A stretch of 64,000 nt of DNA, taken from contig CAPPAP010000003.1 in assembly GCA_948677005.1 (NCBI GenBank), positions 89,532 to 153,531 on the forward strand, given 5' to 3'. Below the pieces are notes generated by a model that did not search any database, was not told where the DNA came from, and worked only from the letters and a program-made list of their open reading frames with translations. This DNA comes from Christensenellaceae bacterium (GTDB lineage: Bacteria > Bacillota > Clostridia > Christensenellales > Borkfalkiaceae). Below are positions 9,483-18,037 of this stretch, piece after piece; the first letter of the stretch is position 1; every line of letters begins with the position of its first letter. The position numbers were made by a program, and so were the translations under genes.

Positions 9483-10379
9483 TTAATCCATAGGCTCAAG
9501 ATAAACGGCCATATTCGCGCCAGAGGACATAAATTTGATATAAATTCTGAAATGCCTCTTCTTCTGCGACTTCCTGTAAGTCAGGCTCGGCACGCCCGCC
9601 AGCGAGGAGGTCAGATACGTTGCCGTAACGTTACTGCCGTTGCCGCTGCTTTCAAGCGTAATTTTCCGCCCGCTCACGTCAAGCGGAGCCGCCTGCACCT
9701 CGTCGCTGCCGCCGAGTCCCGCCGAATACACGGTAATCACGTCGCCGGGGCAAAGCTCGAACCAGCCGTTATAAAGCTGAACGGGTCTGTCATAGCCCAG
9801 CGTGTCCGCATTGCCCACGTCCGTGCCGCTTACGCGCAGCATAAGGGTTTCCTCCTCGTTCGTCGCCGCCCGCTTTACAGACATATAGTACTTGGGCAAA
9901 ACGGTCGTATCGCCGTCGGGCAGAACGGGGTCTCTGCGCTGCGACAGGTCCGCGCGCCAGTCCGCGTATAAATAGGTCGCCTCGGTTGCCGCGGGCACCT
10001 TGTCAAAGTAGGTTACGGTGGCGTCTACAATCGTCCACCAGCCGTTGAATTTATAGGGCGCGCCGTCCTTGTCAACCCTTTCGCTCGTCGGCACGGGCAA
10101 CGCCTCTCCCTCCGCAAGCGTGCATATATACGCGTTATCGGTATAAATTTCCCCGCACTGCTCGGGCGTCAGCTTCTCCGCGCCCGCCGCTATAACGTTC
10201 TCCGTTTTTGCGCCGTCCACGGTATAGGTGCCGGGCACCAGATAAACGTTGCCCGCCTCCCGCACTTCTTCCGTCTGCAACGGCACTTGCGGCCCGTTTG
10301 CCGCAGCCGTTGCGCTTAACGCGCCCGCACCGCCAAACGCAAGCAAGCCGGTAAGAGTTAAAGCCAAAATTCTTTTCAT
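9483..10379 (-). CDS. secreted protein of unknown function, co-directional with the extracellular amylase
   Basis: Signal peptide MKRILALTLTGLLAFGGAGALSATAAANG. I recognise no motifs. Its start lies 14 nt downstream of the amylase gene stop. Confidence 0.7.
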   Translation of the reverse strand: MKRILALTLTGLLAFGGAGALSATAAANGPQVPLQTEEVREAGNVYLVPGTYTVDGAKTENVIAAGAEKLTPEQCGEIYTDNAYICTLAEGEALPVPTSERVDKDGAPYKFNGWWTIVDATVTYFDKVPAATEATYLYADWRADLSQRRDPVLPDGDTTVLPKYYMSVKRAATNEEETLMLRVSGTDVGNADTLGYDRPVQLYNGWFELCPGDVITVYSAGLGGSDEVQAAPLDVSGRKITLESSGNGSNVTATYLTSSLAGVPSLTYRKSQKKRHFRIYIKFMSSGANMAVYLEPMD

Positions 10380-10392
10380 TTCAGTTCCCCCC

Positions 10393-13008
10393 TTATTTCA
10401 CCTTATAAATCTGAACGGACATCGCGGGCACCGCGCCTGCGCTCAAACCGCTTCCGTACAAAAGATGCGCCCCCGCGGGCAAAGCATATTCTGCCGCCGC
10501 CGCTTCGTTTGTCGCATTCACAAACACAAGCACCTCGCTGTCCGCGTCCGCAACCGAATAGCATATAATCGGTCCTTCAACGGTATGAGAAGTCAGCTTA
10601 CCCCTTGCAAGCACGGGATTTTCACGGCGAACGCTTATCAAAGCCTTGTAAAGACTGTAAATGGAGTTCGCGTCCGCGCTCTGCTCCGCAACGCCGTCAA
10701 GCTGTTCGTTGAGCGCGTCCCACGTCATCATATAGTTGTTAAAGCCCATCGGGTAATAGCAGTTAAAGCCGCTGTCGCCGCGCTCCTTAGACCACTTCAT
10801 AGGCTGACGGTACCATCTGTCCTCGTGTCCGGTGCCGTCGCCCGCGGGGTTATCCCTCTTGGTTCCGAACATACCCAGCTCGTCGCCGTTATAAATCCAG
10901 GTAATACCGGGCACCGTAAGGCACAGCCCGCCCCAAAGCTTTGCAAGCTTTTCCGATAAATTCCACGCCGCGCCGCCTAATTCCGCCGTCAAGGGCACTC
11001 CCGCGTCCGTGCTGTACAATTTATCGCGTGCGCGCTGAACGTCATGGTTGGACGTAAACACGCCGTCTATATAGTCCTTGCGGTACTGCGAGAAGCTGAA
11101 CTGCGCGGAATCGTACTGATTAAGCAGCTTCGGCGCGGACGTAGTCTTTCCCCTCGCAATTTCGTTTAAGCTGTACGTCGAGTCGTAATACCAGTTGAAG
11201 TTGAACTGCGAATCCATTCCGCCGTACAAGCCCGCAAGATAAGCGGGGTCGCCGTTGAAGTTCTCGCCCAAAAGCAGCGCGTTTGGATAGCTTGCTTTAA
11301 GCTTCGCGTTGAACTCCATAAAGAAATGCGCGTCCTTATTCATATCGAAGGAGTAAGCCCCGTCGTTAATCACCCAGTCGGAATGGTCGCGGCTCTCGTT
11401 CGCCATATAAATGTGCTTTACCGCGTCAAGACGGAAGCCGTCCAGACCGAAGCTCATCCAGTACAGCGCAACCTCCAAAATGGCGTCGCGTGTCGCCTGA
11501 TAGTCAAAGTTCAGCTCGGGCATAGAAGAGCCGAAGCTCGAATAATAGTAATACCCGTTGGAATCCTTAAACCACTGCGCCTTTGCCACGGGGTCGGTGA
11601 TAGACTGCACATATTCCTCGTTCTGCCAGGTGTAAAAATTTCTGTAATCGATTTCCTTTTGCGTTCCGTCGGGCAGCTCCACGGTTTCCTTTACAAGGTT
11701 CTGCGATTTTATAAACCACGGGTTAGAGGGCGAAGTATGGTTAAGCACAAAGTCAAGCAAAACCTTCATTCCCCTCTGGTGCGCCTTTGCCAAAAGCTCT
11801 CTGTAATCGGCAAGCGTGCCGAACCTCGGGTCAACCGAAAAGTAGTCCATTATGTCATAGCCGTGGTAAGAGTTAGACGTCTGGAAGGGCGTCAGCCAAA
11901 GCGTATCCACGCCCAAGCCGTCAAGGTAATCAAGCTTGTTGATAATACCCCTCAAATCCCCCATACCGTCGCCGTTGCCGTCCGCAAACGAGGCAATAAA
12001 AATCTGGTATCCTACGCTGTTATCCTCCCAGCCCTCCGCAACGGCTTGCAGAGGATAAACCTTGTTGTTGCCCTTGTTGGATATAACGTCGTATTTTGTG
12101 GTTGCCGAGCCGGGTTCAAGTCCCGCGTAAGGGTCGTTAACGGTCGCGTCCGCAAATTTCGGCGTGCCGCTGCCAACCTCGCCCTGACGTACAAACCAGT
12201 GATAGTCGCCCTTTTCTCTCTTCGCCTTTGCAAGCTCGATATAAACGTCGCCGCCGTCGTTCACCCAAAAGCCCGTGCCGTTTATACGGCTGTCCTGCGA
12301 ATAAAGCTGAATGCCAAGCCGCAAGGCCTCTTTAAAGCTAATTTCAAGCCCTTTGTTGTTCAGCGTCGCCTCGTTCCAGCCCGCGTCGTTATAGGTTGCG
12401 GTAAGGTCAATATCGTACACCGCGCCGGACTCGTCTATCTTCATGGGATAGAAAGCCCTTCCCTCGCCGCTGGTGGGGAAGTACTCCCAAGACCAAAGCC
12501 CCCAGTCGCCGTATACCGCAGAATCAATCTGCGTGGAATAATCGGGAGCCAGCGCGCTGTTTACGGTTCCCTGCTCCGCCGCAGAGTGCGCGCCTCTCAG
12601 ATAGTGGATATACAAGTGGTCCTTCTGACCCCATGTAAGATTTTTTTCGTAATTTATCGCAATTTCACTGCTTACTTCCGTTTTCCACTCCGCTTTAAGC
12701 GTCAAGTCGGACTTAACGGTATCAACAGCAAAATCCCACATCGCCGCGCCGTTATACCAGCCGATAAGCGTGTGCCCGTCCCATGCCGCAAGCGTGGGCT
12801 GAACGACGTTGCCGTCCTTTTTCACCTTCTGGCTTTCGGGCGCGGAAATGCCCGCCGCCTCCGCCTCGCTGCCCACAACAAAGCTTACGGTGTATTCGCT
12901 CGGCTCCTTCGGCTTCTTCTTGCACGCGGGTGCGGCAATGCCTATAAGCATAACAAGCGCAACCAGAATGCAAAGCAGGCTCTTTTTGCTCTTAAATATC
13001 TCCCTCAT
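10393..13008 (-). CDS. extracellular GH13 alpha-amylase-family lipoprotein with an N-terminal Flg_new repeat and a putative CBM41-like module
   Basis: Lipobox IAAPAC and one Listeria-Bacteroides repeat (YTVSFVVG...GWYNGAAMWDF...LTLKAEWK). A W-rich module (YIHYLRG...YGDWGLWSWEY) follows. GH13 regions are GVDTLWLTPF, DFVLNHTS, GFRLDAVKHI, LLGENF and FTSNHDVQR. Confidence 0.85.
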   Translation of the reverse strand: MREIFKSKKSLLCILVALVMLIGIAAPACKKKPKEPSEYTVSFVVGSEAEAAGISAPESQKVKKDGNVVQPTLAAWDGHTLIGWYNGAAMWDFAVDTVKSDLTLKAEWKTEVSSEIAINYEKNLTWGQKDHLYIHYLRGAHSAAEQGTVNSALAPDYSTQIDSAVYGDWGLWSWEYFPTSGEGRAFYPMKIDESGAVYDIDLTATYNDAGWNEATLNNKGLEISFKEALRLGIQLYSQDSRINGTGFWVNDGGDVYIELAKAKREKGDYHWFVRQGEVGSGTPKFADATVNDPYAGLEPGSATTKYDVISNKGNNKVYPLQAVAEGWEDNSVGYQIFIASFADGNGDGMGDLRGIINKLDYLDGLGVDTLWLTPFQTSNSYHGYDIMDYFSVDPRFGTLADYRELLAKAHQRGMKVLLDFVLNHTSPSNPWFIKSQNLVKETVELPDGTQKEIDYRNFYTWQNEEYVQSITDPVAKAQWFKDSNGYYYYSSFGSSMPELNFDYQATRDAILEVALYWMSFGLDGFRLDAVKHIYMANESRDHSDWVINDGAYSFDMNKDAHFFMEFNAKLKASYPNALLLGENFNGDPAYLAGLYGGMDSQFNFNWYYDSTYSLNEIARGKTTSAPKLLNQYDSAQFSFSQYRKDYIDGVFTSNHDVQRARDKLYSTDAGVPLTAELGGAAWNLSEKLAKLWGGLCLTVPGITWIYNGDELGMFGTKRDNPAGDGTGHEDRWYRQPMKWSKERGDSGFNCYYPMGFNNYMMTWDALNEQLDGVAEQSADANSIYSLYKALISVRRENPVLARGKLTSHTVEGPIICYSVADADSEVLVFVNATNEAAAAEYALPAGAHLLYGSGLSAGAVPAMSVQIYKVK

Positions 13009-13022
13009 AACATCCTCTTTTA

Positions 13023-13036
13023 ATTAACCGTTTAAC
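13023..13036. promoter_or_regulatory. candidate LacI-type operator (ATTAACCGTTTAAC) next to the RBS of the amylase gene
   Basis: Near-palindrome centred on CG. A 13-bp core TTAACCGTTTAAC is identical to the site at 14793-14805. Confidence 0.4.
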
Positions 13037-13137
13037 TTAAAAATTACTTCGGACTTTTTACAAAGCCCGAAAAATGTTTACTTCACCCAAGGCCCTGCGC
13101 TTTGGCAGAGCCTTAGGTTAGGTTTCAGCTATAAAGT

Positions 13138-14706
13138 TCAGACCTCGGGCTCCGTTGTTTCTGTGTTTTCGGGAACAGTCACGTCGGGCGTCTCGGGCTG
13201 GGGCGCGGGCTCGGGCTGAGGCTCGGGCTCGGGAGTTACCTCATCGGGCGCCGTCAGCGAGAAGGTGTAGTCAAGCTGATTATATTTTGCCGCGTCGGGA
13301 TTAAGCGTAAAGGTATAATAGCCCGTAACGCCGACGCCGATATTCGACGATGATGTCCATTCAAGCTGATAGGTCGTTTCCGTCGTAGCCGTGCCCTTAG
13401 TGCCTATCTTTGTACGGGGCAGCGCGCTCTCGGCAATTTCCACGTTCCACGCCATTCCCGCCATTGCAATCTTGAATTCCTGTCCCTTGGTCAGCTTAAC
13501 GGTTATCGTATAGCTGCCGTCCTCTTGCTGAACGAATGCATACTCGCCCGCCGCTTCCTTGTCGTCCGCAAGCGTCCAGTTGTTCATTGCACCTATAAGG
13601 TAATAAACCTCTTCAATCTCGCCGTCGTCTATTTCCTTGTCGCACACGCCGGAAATCGAAGGCTTGTCGCCCGTCATGTCAAGCGTAATGGTGTACATAC
13701 CGTGCTTTTCAACGGCAATGTTGTTGCCGCTGTTCTTGCTCAGCACTGCATCGCCCGCAGCAATATAATTGCCGTTGTACGCGCTCTTCCACCAGTCGTC
13801 CGTAGTAATGCCTACCAACGCAACCTGAAAGTTTCCAAGTCTGGGCAGCTCTGTGCTCGCCGTCTTGTAAATGCCCTCGGTTTCGGTCGGCATAAAGTAA
13901 ACAACGCTCTCCTGTCCGAACGTGCCCGCCTTATTCCAAAGCGAATCCTGACCGCCTATCATATAATAAGCGTCCTCTACAAGCACCTCGCAGCTTGCGT
14001 GGTCCTCTCCGCCCGCAACCGTAGCGGTAATGGTCGCCGCGCCGGGCTTTAACGCCTCTATGTACCCCGTCTCCTCGTTAACCGCAACAACAGTCGGGTT
14101 ATCGGACGACCACACAACCGTGCCGCCGCCTGCAACCGTAGCGGTAAGCTCGTGCTCGGTATTGCTTATGTCAAGCGTAAGCTCTGTTTCGGAAAGGGTT
14201 ACCTTAGAGGCAACAACCTCGTCCTCATATACCGCATAAATAGTAACCGCAGTCGCTGTTCCGCTGAATTTGTAATCTGTCGTAACCTTTACCCCGTCCG
14301 TTGCCGCCGTGTACCAGCCGACAAAGGTCTTTCCTGCGGGCGCGGTCGGCACAGGCAAAGCCGTAAGCTTGCCGTTAACCGTCGTCAGAGTCGCCGCTCC
14401 GTCAAGCGTGCCCTCTCCCGCGTTCAGCGTTACCGTATATTCGGTTACGGAAGGCGTGGGCGTCCTCGTATACGCGCACACGTCGCAGGTATCGTCGTCA
14501 CCCCATACGTGCGCGGCATAATCCTTCGTATAATCCTTGTCGCCGCTTTTAAGGTCGTCGCAAACCGCAACGTGCCAGTGTCCTTCCGCGTCGTGCGTCC
14601 AGTCCTTCGAATACTCGTGGCTGTGCTTACAGCCCGCAAGCGCACCGCCGCCCATCGCCAGCACCGTGGCGGTTACCGCAGCTACAAAAGCCTTTGATTT
14701 TTTCAT
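13138..14706 (-). CDS. surface lipoprotein: His/Cys-rich N-terminal module, Flg_new repeat, Big_2-like domain, two putative carbohydrate-binding modules and a Pro/Glu-rich tail. No catalytic motif was seen.
   Basis: Lipobox LAGC, then KHSHEYSKDWTHDAEGHWHVAVC...CDVC. Flg_new (YTVTLNAGEGT...GWYTAATDG...VTIYAVYE) and Big_2-like (VVWSSDNPTVVAVNE...ATITATV) follow. Two repeats of the type YY(M/L)IG..N.W....G.Y....L..G.EFK are present. The tail is PEPEPQPEPAPQPE. Confidence 0.85.
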   Translation of the reverse strand: MKKSKAFVAAVTATVLAMGGGALAGCKHSHEYSKDWTHDAEGHWHVAVCDDLKSGDKDYTKDYAAHVWGDDDTCDVCAYTRTPTPSVTEYTVTLNAGEGTLDGAATLTTVNGKLTALPVPTAPAGKTFVGWYTAATDGVKVTTDYKFSGTATAVTIYAVYEDEVVASKVTLSETELTLDISNTEHELTATVAGGGTVVWSSDNPTVVAVNEETGYIEALKPGAATITATVAGGEDHASCEVLVEDAYYMIGGQDSLWNKAGTFGQESVVYFMPTETEGIYKTASTELPRLGNFQVALVGITTDDWWKSAYNGNYIAAGDAVLSKNSGNNIAVEKHGMYTITLDMTGDKPSISGVCDKEIDDGEIEEVYYLIGAMNNWTLADDKEAAGEYAFVQQEDGSYTITVKLTKGQEFKIAMAGMAWNVEIAESALPRTKIGTKGTATTETTYQLEWTSSSNIGVGVTGYYTFTLNPDAAKYNQLDYTFSLTAPDEVTPEPEPQPEPAPQPETPDVTVPENTETTEPEV

Positions 14707-14791
14707 AAAACTTCCTCACTTATCCGTTTTTTTATATGTTTCCCGAAAAAACTTAATATTTTTTCACATATATCTGATTAATAAAAGCCTT

Positions 14792-14805
14792 GTTAACCGT
14801 TTAAC
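14792..14805. promoter_or_regulatory. candidate LacI-type operator (GTTAACCGTTTAAC) upstream of the 13138-14706 lipoprotein gene
   Basis: Same 13-bp core as 13024-13036. On the minus strand it lies between a CTGACT hexamer and TATTAAT, i.e. within a plausible promoter spacer. Confidence 0.4.
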
Positions 14806-14842
14806 CAAGTCAGAAAAACTAAATTGTCCCCGCCTTACGCAC

Positions 14843-14866
14843 TTCCAAAAACTAAACGTTTTGGAA
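14843..14866. promoter_or_regulatory. 24-bp dyad TTCCAAAAACT-AA-ACGTTTTGGAA: candidate recombinase crossover site or repressor operator
   Basis: Two 11-bp half-sites match 9 of 11 around a central AA. The right half is repeated exactly at 14960-14970, and an inverted CCAAAACGT lies at 14998-15006. Confidence 0.35.
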
Positions 14867-15071
14867 CGGGACAAATGTTAATGATTATCAAACTTTTTTA
14901 GTTATTAACAGCGTACCACACGCGGCGAATTTTGTCAATATTATTTTTTAAAAAAGTTTACGTTTTGGAAAATTTTTTGTTTTCCCCGTTATTGCACCCA
15001 AAACGTCAAGCATTTGTAATATAATTTTTTCAATAAAAAAAACGCGCTCACGCGCGCACAGGGTAGACATA

Positions 15072-15674
15072 ATGAATTACGCATATGCAAGGGTATCCTG
15101 CAAGGACCAGAGGTTAGAAAGACAGCTTGCCGCCTTCAAGGCTTGCGGAATAGCCTTCGACAAGGTTTTCAGCGACAAAAAAAGCGGCAAGGATTTCGAA
15201 AGAAAAAGCTACGAGCGGCTTATAAAAAAATTGCGGCAAGGCGACCTGCTCGTAATCAAATCGATAGACAGGCTCGGCAGAAATTACGACTGCATTCTAA
15301 GGGAATGGAAGCGCATAACAAAGGACATCGGCGCGGATATTTACGTGCTTGATATGCCCCTCCTCAACACCAAAAGCCATGCCCAAAGCCTTATCGGCAA
15401 ATTTATCGCGGACATAGTCCTTCAAATTCTGTCGTTCGTTGCAGAAAACGAGCGCATAAATATCCGCACCCGTCAGGCGGAGGGCATAAAGGCAGCCAAG
15501 GCGCGCGGCGTCAAATTCGGCAGACCCAAAATCACCTGTCCCGAAAATTTTGCGTCCGTTGCGGAAGCGTACATAAGCCGCAAAATCCGCATAACCGAGG
15601 CGCTTTCGCTCACCGCTATGAAGCCCTCGTCCTTCTACCGCTATATCAAGCAGTACGCCCGCGACCCCGTTTAA
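15072..15674 (+). CDS. small serine recombinase (resolvase/invertase family)
   Basis: N-terminal catalytic motif YARVSCKDQ...RQ, with DRLGRN and E-helix region. C-terminal HTH ITEALSLTAMKPSSFYRYIK. The 200-aa size is typical of Hin/Gin/resolvase-type enzymes. No transposase or phage genes are adjacent. Confidence 0.9.
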   Translation: MNYAYARVSCKDQRLERQLAAFKACGIAFDKVFSDKKSGKDFERKSYERLIKKLRQGDLLVIKSIDRLGRNYDCILREWKRITKDIGADIYVLDMPLLNTKSHAQSLIGKFIADIVLQILSFVAENERINIRTRQAEGIKAAKARGVKFGRPKITCPENFASVAEAYISRKIRITEALSLTAMKPSSFYRYIKQYARDPV

Positions 15675-15685
15675 CGCCAAAAAAT

Positions 15686-15720
15686 ACCCGCGGCGGGGCT
15701 TAATGCGCCCCGCCGCGGGT
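15686..15720. terminator. bidirectional rho-independent terminator between convergent genes
   Basis: ACCCGCGGCGGGGC-ttaatgc-GCCCCGCCGCGGGT, flanked by an A-run upstream and a T-run downstream. Confidence 0.8.
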
Positions 15721-15741
15721 TTTGTCAAACAATTTATTTAA

Positions 15742-18027
15742 TTATTCGGTTACGCGGTTAAGCTTATAGCTGTCGTTAAAGTGGTCTGCAAGCATAAGCT
15801 CGCCCCTCTCGTTTACAGATAAGGAAATTCCGAGGTTCTCTCCCGAAGCATGCGTCAGCGCAATACTTCCGTTTTCAAAATCGACTGCGTAGCCAAGCGT
15901 CTGCTGCTTTTGCTTGTCGTATTCGGGGGTATTGTCCTCCGTGGTCGGCGTTCTGGTCACAGCAACCGTTCCGCTCACCCCGTCGCCGCCCGCCGGCGCA
16001 AATTCCAGAGTGAATATATCCCCCTCTCTGTTCTGCACGCTGTATTTTCCGCTCAAAAGCCCCGCATAATCGGGCATTGCGCTTACGGTGAAGGTAAATT
16101 CACAGCTCACGTCCGCCGCCGCGTCCGAGGTAACGGTCACCTTATAGGTCCCCTCCGCCACCGCCTTAAAGGCAAAGCAGCTTACCCCGCCGAATACCGA
16201 CCTTTCTATAATTACGTTGTCGGCATTGCCGTAGGTCACGCTCGCCGTCTGCGTTTCGTCGGCATACTTGTTCACAACGCCCTTAAAGTACGCAATTCCG
16301 CCAATCGCCAGCGTCTTTTGCGTTCCCGCGGCAAACTTGCCCGTCGTCGCGTTGCCTATATTCGCCGTCATAGACGTGGGCTTAACCCCCTTAACGTTAA
16401 AGGTAATGGTCTTAAATGTGCCGGACGTCTTTATTTTCAGCGTCCACACCCCTCCGTTTTTCAGGGTTATTTTAATGGTATTGCCCGTACGGAAGGCGGC
16501 AAAGCCGTCGCAATACAGTATCGTTGTGCTGTTAACCTCTCCGCCGTAGTTTCCGACGTAATCGAAGTACATCGCGTCCTGCTCCATGCTCGCCGTCGTC
16601 GGCAGCATATCCGCAATTTCCACAACAATGGCGGGACTGTTTATATCGCAGTCAATAACCCCCTCGTCGCCAAGCTTTGCGCCGTTATATACAAGGTCAT
16701 AGGACTTTATTTTAAGCGCCTCGGGCGAATACGGGTTTGTTTTCGTCCTTTCGCCAATCGTCTGCGTTGCCGTATGGTCAGTCCTTATCGAATAATTCCC
16801 GCTCGGCGACGTGTGCCCGCTTCCGTCGGTTATAAAGGTGGGCGGTGCCCCCAGCGCATTCCCCGTATTGTCCTGCCAGCAATCCTGCACAAAGTTCACA
16901 TACTCAACCGTATAATCCTCGCTCAGCCTGAAGGTTACCTTCGTCTCGTAATAATCGCTTGTGTTGGATAAAAATACAAGGCCGGAAAAGCTGAACGAAT
17001 ACTCCCTCTTGTCGGGGTCTGCCTTCTCCGTCAAATCCTTGTTAGTGCATTCCTTAGCCGCCTTATGCAGCTCGGTAAGCAGATTTTCGGGCCCGAAAAT
17101 ACTCAGCCTGTTATACCAAATTCTGAACGGCGTTCCGTTCATCATGCCCGTCTGAATACCGTTGTTCGGTATAATTTTCCCGCCCTGCAGCTGCACGCAG
17201 CTTATCTGCGAGTCATATATGCTGTAATGGTATTCGTTATCGGGGTTTTCGTTTGTTTCGTGAATATACGTGTAATTATCGCCGAACTCGTAAACGTAAT
17301 CGTACACCTTATAGCGGCTTGACTGCTCGCTCCAAACCTCGTGCGTGCCCGCGGCAATCTTACCTTTAAACGCATATCCCGCCGCAATCGCGCCCTGTAC
17401 CGTGCTTATATCTATATTGTCCACGTCCACCGTAAACGAAGCGGCTATACTCCCCATAGCTACGGTTACGGTGTATTTTCCAAGCTCGTTAAAAACGTCG
17501 GTAACAATATTCCCGTCCACGCCTTCAACCTTAACAGTAAAATTTTTCAGGCTCGTTGTTTCGGTGACGTAAAGCTGTCCCTGCGCGTTTTCGTAGGTGC
17601 ATTTAACCGTCAGCCCGCTGAACAATACGTCCTCGCCCAGACTGAATTTCTTTTTCACGTTATTGGTATTCAGCTCTATTTTTCTTAAAATACTGTCAAA
17701 ATCGCTGACGTAAATGGTATAAACCTCTTTTTTGCCGCCCCAGCTTACGGTTATCTGATAGTCGTCAGGCACGTTCATATCCATACCCGCCTCCTGTCTT
17801 ATTACCGCCTCCTCGGTCACGTCCTTCTCGGGCTTGCCGCTGAAAATCGCATAAACCCTGAAGTCCTCGCCCGTCTCGAACTCGTCGCCGATTTTAAATT
17901 CCGTCCTCGGATTTTCCAGCCTCAGCCCTTCCGCCTTAACCGAGCAAGCGGTCAGCCCCGCCGCCATGCAGGCGGCGCAGGTCAGGGCAAGCATAACAAT
18001 CAAAATACTGCGTAAAGTCTTTTTCAT
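15742..18027 (-). CDS. surface lipoprotein of unknown function (beta-rich, Ig-like repeats likely); last gene of the MoxR/vWA block
   Basis: Signal peptide plus lipobox LTAC. I recognise no catalytic motifs. Its start lies 11 nt downstream of the stop of the preceding lipoprotein gene. Confidence 0.75.
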   Translation of the reverse strand: MKKTLRSILIVMLALTCAACMAAGLTACSVKAEGLRLENPRTEFKIGDEFETGEDFRVYAIFSGKPEKDVTEEAVIRQEAGMDMNVPDDYQITVSWGGKKEVYTIYVSDFDSILRKIELNTNNVKKKFSLGEDVLFSGLTVKCTYENAQGQLYVTETTSLKNFTVKVEGVDGNIVTDVFNELGKYTVTVAMGSIAASFTVDVDNIDISTVQGAIAAGYAFKGKIAAGTHEVWSEQSSRYKVYDYVYEFGDNYTYIHETNENPDNEYHYSIYDSQISCVQLQGGKIIPNNGIQTGMMNGTPFRIWYNRLSIFGPENLLTELHKAAKECTNKDLTEKADPDKREYSFSFSGLVFLSNTSDYYETKVTFRLSEDYTVEYVNFVQDCWQDNTGNALGAPPTFITDGSGHTSPSGNYSIRTDHTATQTIGERTKTNPYSPEALKIKSYDLVYNGAKLGDEGVIDCDINSPAIVVEIADMLPTTASMEQDAMYFDYVGNYGGEVNSTTILYCDGFAAFRTGNTIKITLKNGGVWTLKIKTSGTFKTITFNVKGVKPTSMTANIGNATTGKFAAGTQKTLAIGGIAYFKGVVNKYADETQTASVTYGNADNVIIERSVFGGVSCFAFKAVAEGTYKVTVTSDAAADVSCEFTFTVSAMPDYAGLLSGKYSVQNREGDIFTLEFAPAGGDGVSGTVAVTRTPTTEDNTPEYDKQKQQTLGYAVDFENGSIALTHASGENLGISLSVNERGELMLADHFNDSYKLNRVTE

Positions 18028-18037
18028 AATTTACCTT

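Noticed and set aside
11326-13023. Long plus-strand ORFs opposite the amylase gene, with similar cases at 5902-6888, 10249-10959, 15850-16971, 18155-19363, 19438-20559, 28280-29041, 30461-31288, 46244-47488, 48603-49310, 58480-59160, 59308-60285 and 61405-62013
   Set aside because: All are Arg/Val/Leu-rich antisense frames of well-supported genes in a GC-rich genome. None has a motif or an RBS, so they are treated as shadow ORFs.
13041-13114. Two hairpins after the 13138-14706 gene as a definitive terminator separating it from the amylase gene
   Set aside because: The hairpins are real (TTCGGGCT/AGTCCGAA plus a T-run, and AAGGCTCTGC/GCAGGGCCTT). However, I found no convincing promoter between them and the amylase start. 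Whether they terminate fully or act as a regulated or processing site cannot be decided from the sequence.
15072-15674. Recombinase as part of a transposon, integron or prophage
   Set aside because: There is no transposase, no integrase partner, no phage genes and no cargo. I found no long terminal inverted repeats around it either. It is treated as an orphan invertase/resolvase.
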